A stretch of DNA of 64,000 nt from Octopus sinensis (lineage: Eukaryota), in contig NC_043000.1 in the NCBI RefSeq assembly GCF_006345805.1, forward strand, positions 51,584,001-51,648,000. Reading direction: 5' to 3'. Position numbers and translations under genes: made by a program. Of this stretch, positions 13,516-26,792 are shown in pieces. Numbering within the stretch: the first letter of the stretch is position 1; the number at the start of each line of letters is the position of its first letter. Below the pieces are notes generated by a model. It saw nothing but the letters and a program-made list of their open reading frames with translations, made no database searches and had not been told where the DNA came from.

Positions 13516-14583
13516 TCTATGTTTGACTTTTGCTTTATGTTTGTACAAGTTGGCTCCAAGTCTCACCCAGAGACCTCAAGAGACAACAGATTGGAAGTTC
13601 ACGTTGTTGTTATACCTAGTGTGCCATATATTTGGGGTTTCTTTTGGTGTTGTACTAGTGAATGTCTAATAAATAAATTTTTAAAAAAAAAGTTTGTTTT
13701 AAACCTTGAGATTACATAGAGAGTATTTTGCGTAGGATATGAGCAGTTCCCATGAGCACTATCTTTTGAATTTCTGCCATTTTGGGGTCTCCTGGTATCT
13801 GAGTTAGGTAGCAATCAGCCCCTTTTGCTATCATTCCCAGGGCACCTATGACAACAGGTATTGTTTTAGTCTTCAGGTTCCACATTTTGCTGATTTCTAT
13901 TTCAAGATCTTTATATTTGCTCAGTTTTTGGTAGGTCTTGACAGATACGTTTATATCGATTGGGACAGTCATATCAATGAGGAGACATGTTCTTTGTCTG
14001 AAGTCTTTCAATATGATGTCTGGCCTGTTTGCATCTATCTTTCTGTCAGTTTAAATGGTGAAGTTCCAGAGGAGTGAGATGTGGTCATTTTCAAGCACTG
14101 GAGGTGGATTGTGTTCCCACCAGTTTTTTTCATGGGGCAAATCCAGGCTTTTGCAAATTACCAAGTGAATATATTGTGCAGCTCTATCATGCCTGTTGAG
14201 GTACTCTGTAGGCGCTAGAAGACTGCACTTGGAGACAACATGATCAATGGTTTCATTTTGTTGTTGACATACATGACATGTTGGGCTACTACCGTTCTTT
14301 AATATGTTGGCCTGGTAGTTTCTTGTTGGTAGGCATTGATCTTGAGCTGCTATGATAAACCCTTCTGTTTCAGATTTTAAGCCAGAGGCCATTAGCCATT
14401 GATGGGTCAGGGCTTTGTCAATATCTGCATTATTTGCTCTCTTTGGGTATTTGCCATAGAGAGGTTTTTCTTGCCATTTATTACTCAGAATATCTAAGGC
14501 CACAGTTTTGGCACGGGTTTTCATGCGCTTAGCTTTTTCTGTGCTTGTTTCTTGTATGATTTTCTCTAATTCCAAAATTTGTT

Positions 14584-14586
<3 letters not shown>
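13516..14586 (-). mobile_element. 5'-truncated non-LTR retrotransposon with restriction-like endonuclease (R4/Dong-like)
   Basis: ORFs 14051-14586 and 13712-14011 are one frame broken by a single TAA. They read LKSETEGFIIAAQDQ, CCHC knuckle CHVC..ETIDHVVSKC, RHD, RPDIILKD..LLIDMTVP..KLSKY (PD-(D/E)xK). Both ends lie in (TAA)n. Confidence 0.85.
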
Positions 14587-14636
<50 letters not shown>

Positions 14637-14851
14637 AGGCAGTGAGCTGGCAGAATCATTATAGCACACTGGATGAAATGCTTAGTGATATTTCACCTGA
14701 CACTCCGTTCTGAGTTCAAATTCCATCGAAGTCAACTTTGCCTTTCATCCTTTCAGGGTTGATAAAATAAGTACAAGTTGAACACTGGGGTCGATGTAGT
14801 CAACTCATTCCCTTCCCCAAAATTGCTACCCTTGTGGCAAAATTTGAAACC
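14637..14851 (+). mobile_element. SINE family 'A' copy; further copies at 15516-15716, 16525-16735, 16768-16974, 18206-18410 and 18521-18733
   Basis: Family A head and core, each preceded and followed by (ATT)n or (CAT)n. Confidence 0.8.
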
Positions 14852-14864
14852 ATTATTATTATTT

Positions 14865-15438
14865 TCATATACACTCAACAGATTAGACTGTAGGAAAAGA
14901 AAAAATCCTAACATCAGGCTAGAACTATAAACCTTAACTGCCAAGAACCCTCCTAAGTATCCTAGCTGTCCCTAATAACACTGTTGCCTGGAGCTGTACT
15001 AAACTGGGTTTTATGCCTATTGTCTCTATCCATCTGTTCAGATCTTTAGGAATAGTTCCCAATTCACCTATAACTACTGGGATACATTTTACCTGCACTT
15101 TCCATAGTCTCTGTAATTCAATAGCTAGGTTCTGGTTCTTTACTATATTTTGTTTACTTCTAATATTAATGTTTTCATCATTTGGGACTGGAAAATGAAT
15201 TATCTGGCACTTTCTATTCTCTTTATATGCTACTACCAAATCAGGCCTTCTGGCTTTCTATTACTCTTACAGTCTGAATGTTGAAGTCCCACATCTTGTA
15301 TTTCTTACTCCCTAGTACCTTATTAGGTTCATGTTCATACCATTTATCAGTATGTTCAAATCCTAGCTTTCTACATAGTTCCCAGTAGATTACTCTCCCT
15401 AGATTGTCATGTCTTTTTTAGTATTCTTTCTCTGCCAG

Positions 15439-15440
<2 letters not shown>
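14865..15440 (-). mobile_element. 5'-truncated RLE-type (R4/Dong-like) LINE 3' end, different subfamily
   Basis: RHDNL..IYWELCRK; LAIELQRLWKVQVKCIPVVIGELGTIPK..LQATVLLGTARILRRVL. Flanked by (TAA)n. Confidence 0.78.
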
Positions 15441-15499
<59 letters not shown>

Positions 15500-15893
15500 A
15501 TCATTATCATCATTAAGGTGGCAACTGTCAGAATTGTTAGCATGCTGGGCAAAATGCTTAGCAATATTTCGTCTGTCTTTACATTCTGAGTCCAAATTCA
15601 CCCAAGATTAACTTTGCCTTTCATCTGAAAGGACAAAAGCAAAGTTGAACACTGAGGTTGATGTAATCAACTAACCCCATCCCCTGAATTGTTAATCTTA
15701 TGCCAAAATTTGAAAATCAATATTGTTATTATTATTCACTAGTCTTATTTTTATCATGTGCTTTCACTGCACTACCAAGTGCAGCTCTGTGTGCCTTGGG
15801 TATGAGATGTAGTTTGTTTTGGTGTTATTTTCATTATATTGAAAGGGATTTATGTAGGATGTGATCGATATTCTTCTTCTTATTGTTATTATT

Positions 15894-16450
15894 GAGTGAG
15901 AGAGCAGTGCATGCCATCAAAGTGACACTGGGGTAAAATATACGAAGTCCAGTATACCCATCATGACTAACCGTCTGATAAGGTTACACTAGGCAAATGC
16001 ATCACAACCATATGTGTGCGACATGATGATCTCATATCAAGATAAACAACACATGACCTTGCAGGTGGGGCCCAGTTAGAATTTTTTTCTCATTGAGTAA
16101 CCCATCCCGCTCAAAAGGTCCCTGAATAAGGGTTGTTTAAGGATGTTGAACGAAACACCCATGTTTCCAGAGGTGAATTATTCAAACCCCAAAGAATCCC
16201 TTTCAACACACGGCTATGATCATCCCCCACAACTTCTGCTCATGATCAGAGATGCACATATCATCAGCCACTAAGGGACATGGTCAACTGGTTATGGTCA
16301 AACAACTGACAAGCAAATCTGTGGTATTGAGCAGAATATTTGCAGTAGCCCATCTTTTATACTAAGACAAAACAACGTGCACGATAACACTTCCAATCAG
16401 TTAAGATGAGAAGTCACAAGAGCCACTGCCTGGTACTGCATCAGGGCATT
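15894..16450 (-). mobile_element. Interspersed repeat family 'D' (non-autonomous retroposon or LINE 3' UTR) ending in (TAA)n; other copies 17005-17271 and 39729-40039
   Basis: Three copies share the identical terminus gagtgagagagcag(t)gcatgccatcaaagtg next to (ATT)n and are variably truncated at the other end, as expected for target-primed retrotransposition. Confidence 0.7.
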
Positions 16451-16454
16451 TATT

Positions 16455-16513
<59 letters not shown>

Positions 16514-17271
16514 GATGATGATGGTCGTGAGCTAGCAGAATCATTAACATGCTAGGAAAACTGCTCAGCAGCACTTTGACCATCTTCTCATCCAGAGTTC
16601 AAATTCCACTGAGGTTGACTTTGCCTTTCATCCATTCAGTGTCAATAAAATAAGTACCAGTTGAGCACTGGGGTTGATGTAATTGACTTCGACCCTTCCT
16701 GTGAGCTTGCTAGCCTTGTGCAAAAATTCAAAACAACTGTTATTATGATTATTATTATTATTATGTAAGGCAGTGATCTGACAGAACTGTTAGCTTGCTG
16801 AGCAAAATGCTTGGTGGTATTTCATCTTCTTGTTCTGAGTTCAAATTCTGCCACGGTCAACTTTGTTTTCATCCTTTCGGGGGCAATAGAATAAGTTACA
16901 GTTGTGCACTGGGGTCAATGTAATCAACTTACCTCTTCCCCCAAAATTGCTGCCCTTATTGCAAAATTTGAAACCATTATCATTATTATTATTATTATTA
17001 TTATTGAGTGAGAGAGCAGTGCATGCCATCAAAGTGAGGTAAAATATATGAGTGTCCAGTATACCCATCATGACTACACGTCTGATAAGGGTACACCAGG
17101 CTCATGCATCACAACCATATGTGCGCGACATGGTGGGGCCCAATTAGAATTTTCTTCTGGTCGAGTAGCCCATCCTGCTCGAAAGGTCCTTGAATAAGGA
17201 TTGTTTAAGGATGTTGAATGAACCACCCATGTTTCCAAAGGTGAATTATCCACCACATCCCCAAGAATTCC

Positions 17272-17391
<120 letters not shown>

Positions 17392-17444
17392 CATTATTAT
17401 TATTATCATTATCATTATTTTTATTATTATTACATTAGTCCGTG

Positions 17445-17860
17445 CTAATTTACTTGGCAGGTATTTTTTTATCTTGATATTTGGTGATGACAGGTTTCCC
17501 TCAAATTTCAAGAACCTCTCTATGGATTCTTGCAGAATATAGGATGGTACTCTTCTGCAGGTCCACAGTATGAGTTTCCATTCCAATTTCTTTCAGTCTT
17601 TTAGGTAACATTTTGAATGTTGTACCAAGTGCACCAATTGCTACTACAGGAATAATTGTTGTCTTGATCTTCCACAGTCTCTTCAGCTCTCTGGCTAAAT
17701 TCTGATGCTTCTCAATTTTTTTTCAATTACTTTGGTATTGGCTCTGCTAACAAAGAGAATTGCAAAACCTCTGATCTTACAGGTCCTCTATGATCATATC
17801 TGGTCTTCTTGATTCAATAGTTTGGTCAGTCTTTATGGGGAAGTCCCATAAGATCTTGTT
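17445..17860 (-). mobile_element. Decayed RLE-type LINE 3' end
   Basis: Minus strand ILWDF..RRPDM..LARELKRLWKIKTTIIPVVAIGALGT. Flanked by (TAA)n. Confidence 0.65.
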
Positions 17861-18088
17861 TATTATTATTAATGGATTAATAGAATCATGGAGCCATAAG
17901 CAAAATTCTTTTGGTATTTCTTCTGGCTCTTTATGTTATGAATTGAAATTCCACCAAGGTCAGCTTTTCCCTTCATCTTCTTGGATTCAGTAAAGTATCA
18001 GACAAAGGTATGTCGGCTCAGTTGTATCAACTAAACTTCTCCATTCAAAGCTGTTGGTCTTATGCTCTAAATTGGAGAAATTATTATC

Positions 18089-18185
<97 letters not shown>

Positions 18186-18748
18186 CATCATTATTATTAT
18201 TATTATGGCGAGCTGGCTGAATTATTAGCATGCCTGGCGAAACACTTAGTGATATTTCATCTGTCACTACATTCTCAATACAAATTCTGCCAAGGTCGAC
18301 TTTGCCTTTCATCCTCTAGGGGTCAATACAATAAGTACCAGTTGAGCACTGGGATCAATGTAATTGACTAACTCCCAAATTTGAGATGTGGTACCTATAA
18401 TAGAAGAGATTATTATTATTCATTATTAGGAATAAAAGAAATTCTTCTTCTTCTTCTTCTTCTTATTATTATTATTATTATCATTATTATTATTATTATC
18501 ATTATTATTATTATTATTGTAAGGCAGTGAGCTGGCAGAGTCATTAGTATGCTGGGCAAAATGTTTCACAGCATTTTGTCCATCTTTGTTCTGGGTTCAA
18601 ATTCCACCAAGGTTAACTTTAACTTTCATCCTTTTGGGGTCAATAAAATAAGTACCAGTTGAGCACTGGGGTCATTGTTATCAACTATACCCCTCGCCCC
18701 AAATTTCAGGACGTGTGCCCATAGTAGTAAGGATTATTATTATCATTA

Positions 18749-18784
<36 letters not shown>

Positions 18785-18819
18785 CATCATTATTATTATT
18801 ATCATCATTATTATTATTA

Positions 18820-18868
<49 letters not shown>

Positions 18869-18892
18869 CATCATTATTATTATTATTATTAT

Positions 18893-18924
<32 letters not shown>

Positions 18925-19703
18925 TTATTGTCGTTTCAACATAGGTGTTCTAATTAAGTTAAATAAAAGGTTTCATGGATAGTGGTGAAAGAAGAGATAT
19001 ATTTGTTATGAAGAAAATAAAAAGAAACCTTATTAGTGGAAAAAAACAAAGATTGCAATTTCTTGTTTTGAATTCAGCAAATTTTATCATTATTATTATT
19101 ATTCTCTCAAGCATTACATTAAAAATAATATATCAATAAAAAGTTTTGAATGGAACAACAATGCAGACAATAAGCTATATACCTGTTGTAATTTAGTCAT
19201 CCATAGTCTGATATGATATTTAAGAATAATATTCCTTCTTCAGATATTCTTAGATGGAGTCGCTGCTCAATACTCTCCAATAATATATCACATATATCTC
19301 TGACATATTATCAGGCTAATATTTTCAGTCATGCACAAGCTTAACAGTTGTTATTATTATTATTATTATTATTATTGCTGTCATCATCATCATCATTATT
19401 ATTATTATTATTATTATTAAATTTGAGAAAATAAAAAAAGTACATATGTAACTACTGATTAAGCGTGATATCAATCCAGAATTTAAGAATGGAATACAGA
19501 TAAATATGTGAATTTATTTAATTATTTTTCTGAACACATGATGTCTAGTTGGATAAACAAAATATCAAGAACAGAAAACTATAGTTATGACACATGAGAA
19601 AGATAAATGAATAAATAGAAATACTTATATATATTAGCTATATGTATCTTCAGCTATATAGATGTATATATATGAATGTAAGTCTATGTATTTATGTATC
19701 ATA

Positions 19704-19765
<62 letters not shown>

Positions 19766-19865
19766 ATATACATACATACATATCAGCATATGCATATACA
19801 CATATGTATATATATATATTTATGTATACATACATATATATATATGTGTGTGTAAACATATGCAT

Positions 19866-20185
19866 ACCCCCTTCGGTCATGAATGACCATGGGATTGCAC
19901 CTAGAAAGTTACCCTCCTAGACACAAGTCCGGGCAAGGTTGTTTATGGAAGACCAGCAGTCGCCCATGCATACCAGCCTCCCCTCTCCACGCCACCAGTG
20001 TTATCCAAGGGAAAGACAAAGGTCGATACAGCTTGGCACCAGTGACGTCGCAACTCATTTCTACAGCTGGGTGAACTGGAGCAACGTGAAATAAAGTGCC
20101 TTGCTCAAGAACACAACATGCAGCCCGGTCCGGGATTCGAGCTCACAACCTCACGATTGTAAGCTCAATGCTCTAACCACTGAGC
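19866..20185 (-). mobile_element. tRNA-derived SINE (separate family); related copies 38394-38625(-) and 45862-46190(+)
   Basis: Minus-strand head ctcagtggttagagc..gagctcgaatcccgg (A/B boxes), followed by gtgttcttgagcaaggcacttta. Confidence 0.75.
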
Positions 20186-20660
20186 ATGCATATATATTTA
20201 TATATGTGTGTGTTTTCTGACTTTAGGTTAGTTAACATATGCTTCTGACATATTTCAACTTCTAGAGGCTATTTCACTGCATTTACTGTGGAGAAAACAA
20301 TTTTCTCTTATGGTAAAAAGGTGTAAAAACACCATGCCCATCTAGTGTTTCCTCCTATCAGATTCCCAGAACTGTTTCTAGCTCTTTGGATGGTATTAAT
20401 GGGAAATACTAGCGAGAGAGGCAAGTCCACACAGGCTGAATTAAGGCTGTAGCTTTAATCAAAACATAGTCAACGATATTACTGAGTCATGCCATTAGAT
20501 TGCCAGGTCAGAAAAACTTACAGCAGTATCAACAACAAGCAATGTTTAAACAGAAGTGAATTTTAGGTTAGTTAAAATATGTTTATGACATATTTCAATT
20601 TCTAAAAGCAAATTCACTGCAGTTACCATCAAGCAACCATTCTCTCTTGTGATAATAAAC

Positions 20661-20693
<33 letters not shown>

Positions 20694-20707
20694 AACATAA
20701 AAGCATC

Positions 20708-20749
<42 letters not shown>

Positions 20750-20752
<3 letters not shown>

Positions 20753-20981
20753 GGTGTTCAAAACTGTTCTCCACAGTGAATTTTTTTCATCCTGCAGAAA
20801 TCAACCAAGGAAGTGCTCACATGGCAGTAAAAAAGTTGAAAATGAAGGACAACACTTTCAACACCTCTTATAAAATCTTTTTAAAAGTCTATAAAGTAAC
20901 ATATTCTTTTGCAGTCTTATACCATCTTATATATATTTTGCAATAAAATACTTACTGTGGGGATACTTTTTGAACACCCTA
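20750..20981. mobile_element. Tc1/mariner-type MITE in (TA)n
   Basis: TIRs cagggtgttcaaaa..ccacagt / actgtgg..ttttgaacaccct. Confidence 0.75.
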
Positions 20982-20989
20982 TATATATT

Positions 20990-21051
<62 letters not shown>

Positions 21052-21055
<4 letters not shown>

Positions 21056-21363
21056 CGTGATCACCGTGACCGACCAGGCTATCAGATGTTGCTACACATT
21101 GCTGGTCACAATGCGCTTTGCATTGCTTTAGCCTTCAAATGACGCCACCCCACTGGCTAAGCAAGCAGGCCGACAGAAGAAAGAGCGAGAGAAAGTTGTG
21201 GCGAAAGAGTACAGCAGGGATCGCCAGCACCACCCTGCCGGAGCCTTGTGGAGCTTTAGGTCTTTTCGCTCAATAAACACTCACAACACCCGGTCTGGGA
21301 ATCAAAACCGCGATCCTACGACCGCGAGTCCGCTGCCGTAACCACTGGGCCATAGCGCCTCCA
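21052..21363 (-). mobile_element. tRNA-derived SINE (separate family)
   Basis: Minus-strand head ggaggcgctatggcccagtggtta..ggttttgattcccag. Flanked by (TA)n. Confidence 0.75.
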
Positions 21364-22439
21364 TATACATGTATGATATATGTATAATATATATATAAAA
21401 TATAAAGATAATATATATATATAATATTTTGTTGTATTTCGTGATAGTCATTTTCTTTTTTTTTTACCAAATAAGCACACACACTATATTTTTTCTCCAC
21501 TCATTTATTACTGTTCCTATTTTATTGTTTAACTCATGTACATCACTGGTAAATCTTTTGTCTCACCTCTGTGACCTCTTCAGTGGCACTTTTCACTTTT
21601 CTGTGTCTTCTTGCTCCACTTATTCCATTCTGTTTTCTAAGGTGTGTTTCCTTATGTGTGCATGCATTTGTGTGCGTGCATGTGTGTGTACGCATGCATG
21701 TATGCTTGTGTGTGTGTCATAATTTTTAGCAGCAGTGTGTCTTTCACCTCAGCAGCCCCATCTTCTCACCCCATTGTGCTGCTGCTGTCCTAAGATCCCA
21801 AAATAAGGTACAGTTCCTGTATTCCTCTGTGTATATGTGTTCGCCCATGGTGTTGCCATCATTGTCACCACCACTGCTGCTGTCATTGTGTTGTTGACAT
21901 TGTTGTGGCTGTCCATGAAATTTCTTGTATGTGTTTGTGTGTGTGTGTATGGGTTCACTTTGTATGTTCTATGTATCTGTGCCCTTTATATAGATTTATT
22001 TATTTATTTTATCTATCTCTATTTCTTATATTCATCCCCGGTATGTGACAAATATATTTATATATTTGTTTATTTATCTATTTATATATTTAATTTTTTT
22101 ATACCTCTATCTCTATTTCTCATATATTTGAAAATGCCATTAAGGAAATATACTTCATAAGGTAAGAGGAGGAAAAAAGGTATAGATAAATAGAGAGGGG
22201 GTAGATAAAACAAAGTTAAAAGAGAGAGAGGGGAGAGGAGCAGGCAAAATTGGATGGATAAAGGATGGGAAGAAAGAATGAATGGAGGAATAAAGGTTAT
22301 GGGAAGTAAGGATAAATAATAAAGGATAATTTGCAGAAATTATTGTTAGGTGAGGGGTAGATACTATTTTAAAAAAGTGAATGAGTGTTCTTTTACAATG
22401 TTTACATCTTTAAACTCACTCTGTAAATAGGTTCACCAG

Positions 22440-22830
22440 ATTATGTTTGGAAAAGAGCATTGAAAATTGTTACTATGTGCAAAGTGGATGGAAAGATTTC
22501 CCTTTGTCATAGGAAATGATATCGATAAAATTTTCCAGTCTAAAGAAAAAAACTTGTTAGAGTCTTTAAGGTGCCAGATTAGTTTACTAAGCCCTGTGAA
22601 ATTAGGCTTATGATTGTATTTTAAGGTAGAAAAATGTTTTGTCAGTCTAGATTTCAGTTCTGTAGTGGATAATTCAATATAAAAATATTCCTTTTTACCA
22701 GAGATAATCTTGCATTGGTACAGGGCATTTTTAATTCAGCAGTTTCCATTTAGGACACAAGTTTTATTAGGAGCACAATTGCAAGGCTTAGTTTCATTAA
22801 TATGACGATTTAAGGAGAGATTACTGTTAA
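22440..22830 (-). pseudogene. Decayed PLE GIY-YIG endonuclease fragment (relic 1)
   Basis: Minus-strand translation with frameshifts: ETKPCNCAPNKTCVLNGNC*IKNALYQCKI..YIELSTTELKSRLTKHF..FTGLSKLIWHLKDSNK..LDWKIL. Confidence 0.7.
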
Positions 22831-22954
22831 TATTATTATGTGAAATTTAGACTGGCTAACCATTTCCCTATCTTCATATTCAAATGTAAGTATAATCCCA
22901 CAGGGTTTAGTAAACTAATCTCGTACCTTAAAGTGATGGAATCTTAATCCACAT

Positions 22955-23305
22955 ATAGGTAAATGTTCAGGTCGTGATAAGACTAAATCTAAGCTCTCTA
23001 ATAATTGTAATATTGAAAATATAATTTATAAATGTATAGTAAGCTCTAAGAACAATAATAATAAAAATATAAATAAGGTTTATATAGGATCTATAGCTAA
23101 TGAAATTAAAAAAGAATCTCCCAACATTACCAGGCTTTCAAAAATCTTAATGTAAGTAAGTCCTCAGGTTTAAGTAAGTATATATGGGAATTGAAATCTA
23201 GGAAAAGAGATTACACCCTAAGTTGGAGTATAATAAGTAGAGCCCACTCTTATAATATTTGGAATAAAATGTGTTTATTATGTATAACAGAATTTAGGAA
23301 ATAGA
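22955..23305 (+). pseudogene. Decayed PLE GIY-YIG endonuclease fragment (relic 2)
   Basis: NCNIENIIYKCIVSSK..KVYIGSIANEIK(fs)RISQHYQAFKN..SSGLSKYIWELKSRKRDYTLSWSIISRAHSYNIWNKMCLLCITEF. Confidence 0.8.
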
Positions 23306-23939
23306 TACAGTCTAGAGATCAATTACTAATCACATACGATGAAAGTGGAGGTAAATGTAGACACCAAAGTAATTTTACTTTCAGTAAAAGGAAATACTGA
23401 ACTGCCTCCCCACCCCCTTGATTCTAATCAATACACACTCTTGATCTCTACCGTAGTTGAATATATTATATAAATAATTAAATAGATAAATTAATTTAAA
23501 TATTACTAAACATTATATTATAACAAATTATATATATCCCTCAACAAAGTTGGGTAGAAGATGATAAGAAAAGAATATGATTTAATTTAAACTATGAATA
23601 GTGGAATTACTTCCCTTAGAACTAATCAACTATAAATTCCCATAGTGCTTTGCTATTTTCACTTTCTCTAATTGCCATTTTGAATGACATCCTGGTTCTA
23701 TTCAAAGAGGATATGTATCTTTATTTTTTATATTATTTTCCACATTTAATCATAGAGATCTTTATTCTGATGTATAATTTTATATTTTATATCTGACATT
23801 CTATATTTGACTTTCAAAAATGAATTATTAAATGACAAAAATGCAGGAACTGCAATGATGAAATGAGATACATGACAAACGAAGGGAGGGAAGTAACTCT
23901 TATGGACTGCCTGCTAGAATCTATGCATTTAAACATACA

Positions 23940-24660
23940 GTCTCTTAAAAGAAGAAGCAGTAAGCATAGTATTAACAACAAAAACAATAATATAAATACA
24001 AATATAAATACTATTACTTATAACAGCAGCAACAAACGTAAAGGAGAAAACATTAAAAGTATTAAGATAGGTAAGGAAAGCAATGACAAAGTGGATAGTA
24101 AGGCAAACATTAAACACTCTAACGTAAATTATCTTAAATTAATGGTAAAGACTCATAACAAAGAAAATAATATAATGAGGATAACTCTGAAGGCACTATT
24201 AGTAACAAAACAGGGAACTCTTCTAAAAATAAAACTTGCAATTGTGCCAAAGGAAAACGATGTCCATTAAATTCTTTTTGTAGGGAAAAAGGTGTAATAT
24301 ATTGGTATAAGGTAGTATATGAGGGACAGGATTATTACTGTATATAGGTTCTACAGAAAATTATACAAAAAGAAGGGTAGCTAATCATGAAAACACCTTC
24401 AGGGATAGGAAAAAAGAGGCTAGCATTAGTCTAAGCAAACAAATTTGGGCAATTAAAGATAAAACTAAGGAGTATACATTTAAGTGGAAAATAATTAGCC
24501 AAGCAAAATCTCATATCGTTGGAAACAAAAGATGTGAATTTTTCTTTGAGGAAATTTATACCAGATTCTTACATCAAAACACAAATTAATCAACAACTAG
24601 AGGGAAAGAGGACTCTGTTGCCTTAAATTTAAATATACATTCAATGAATTTAAATAGATA
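23940..24660 (+). pseudogene. Decayed PLE Asn/Lys-rich linker plus GIY-YIG endonuclease fragment (relic 3)
   Basis: An Asn-rich linker (ORF 23863-24270), then CREKGVIYWYKV..(fs)YIGSTENYTKRRVANHENTFRDRKKEASISLSKQIWAIKDKTKEYTFKWKIISQAKSH..RCEF. Confidence 0.75.
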
Positions 24661-25820
24661 TGATTAAATAAGCACTGTTTAAATAATGCATAATGATACC
24701 TAAGAATAGTTCATAAAGTTAAATACACTTACAATAAATTTAATACCTATGGATCGCACATCTATACTATAAATTAAATAGACAAATATATGTGTATGAA
24801 CCCAAACTATCAACTAATATATTTGAATAAATAATTATATTTAATAGTAACAAATATAAATTTTACAACAAATAAGTAGTGTTGATATAAAATAAATAAA
24901 ACTAACAATTGGTTACATACATAGATGTATTTTATTAATAATAAGTGTATAGCGGAATATGTCATAAACATGCTGAATAATAGTGGCAGTCTTGTAAGCC
25001 TAAACAGTTAATAAATTTGGCCAAAAGAGCAGGATGAAGATGTTGAGGAATGTGTTATGGTCATACTGAATAGGTTGAAAGGTAGGGGCTAGCTTATAAA
25101 CAGTTAATCAGAATTACCAAAAGAGTGAATAGTAACATGACCTGAACTATGCCTGTCCTCTGAACTATGCCTATCACTTGTCCAGTAAGGTTAAAATCAA
25201 CCTCTGGCTATTTTTAGAACAGAATCCAAGACGCACATGCTACAATTCAATCAGAATAAATTTTCTGTCTGTTAGGATCTGAAAAATATCAGTCAATTTA
25301 CCCCGAGGAGGGTTTTTTTCTGTTTTCAACTTCATAATGCACTTTAAATGTGTAAATATGGATAAGAGCAATCAACTGAAATGCAGTGAGGCAATATGAA
25401 TGAAGTCATTAACTTGACTGGACTATGATAATAAATGAATTGATTATTCTGTGTATGTATTCTCCGTTTGCTTTGTATTGTTAAACTTTTTCTCCTGTAT
25501 CGAAAATGATGGAAATCTCTATAGTGACAACTGGAGTTTCAGAAGTGTAAGGTACTAATATGGAAGAAGAACCAATGATAAAAGCTAGTACATATGCACA
25601 TATAGAAATTTCCAGTATCGTTAATCAATATAGTGCTAAACAAATGTATGCTTGAATAATATATACTTGAAAAACAGTCTCCAGAGAAACAATCAGCGAA
25701 AATGTTTATATACTCAACAAATGCAGCAGTTACTATATGAAGGAGTCCCTAATTTGCATACCAAAAGTGTTTAACACCCTATAAATACCAGCGGCTGTGT
25801 GTGTATATATATATATAGAC

Positions 25821-25896
<76 letters not shown>

Positions 25897-25924
25897 GTAC
25901 ATATGTGTGTAGATACATGTATGC

Positions 25925-26328
25925 TGAGAAATTGTCTGACAGCCATGACTGGCTTCTCCTGATGGTGTGGCATATAGCAAATTCCTGTTGTCAGACATAG
26001 GGTCTTCCAGCAGCCACTCTTTTGACCCATGGCAGAGTACTACATCCTCCAGGTACTTGATGTAGGCCTCCATGTTAAGTCTGAGGCCTTGTGGGAAGAT
26101 GAATGGAGGCATAACATCACTCATGATCACTCCAAACACCATGATGTTGACTGGATGTTTGACTTTTATCACTTTCAGTACCTTTGTTGGTGACACAGTA
26201 AGCTAATGGTTGTTCTGTATTCACCATCTGATCCTGGCTGTAATTCTAGCGTGTAATCAACAAAATGAAAAGAATGTGTATGTGCGAAATTAGAATTATA
26301 AAATGACAATTTACCCATCGCAACCTGT
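25925..26328 (-). mobile_element. Internally deleted Tc1/mariner-superfamily fragment
   Basis: KHPVNIMVFGVIMSDVMPPFIFPQGLRLNMEAYIKYLEDVV (the VMVWG-type region of the DDE domain). Terminus ta-caggttgcgatgggtaaattg. Confidence 0.7.
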
Positions 26329-26548
26329 ATATATATATATATGTGTGTGTGTGGGTGTGTGTAAATATATATATACATATATATATATGTATATATGTGT
26401 GTATATATATATATAGGGAAGCTTTATGAAAATAGACAAAAGACGAAGGCAGGTTTACGGAAATAAACAAAAGACAAAGGCAGGTGGAATACAAACAATA
26501 TATGTGTGAGTATATATATATATGTGTATATATATGTGTATGTGTATA

Positions 26549-26596
<48 letters not shown>

Positions 26597-26792
26597 ATAT
26601 ACATATATATACACATATATTTATATATGTATATATATAATATATGTGTATATATATGTATATATATATATGTGTGCATATATAAATATATATGTACATA
26701 TTTATATACATATACACCAATATATATATACACACACACACACATGTATATACATACATATATATATATATATATAATATATATATATATAT

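Noticed and set aside
21260-21363. tRNA-like sequences in SINE heads (also 20120-20185 and 27235-27305)
   Set aside because: No complete cloverleaf or acceptor stem, and they continue into SINE bodies; not tRNA genes.
22730-22745. In-frame TGA after a conserved Cys in GIY-YIG relic 1, considered as selenocysteine because some PLEs encode selenoproteins
   Set aside because: The TGA aligns with Arg (CRAKN) in the intact element, consistent with CGA>TGA decay. The copy is also frameshifted and no SECIS was seen.
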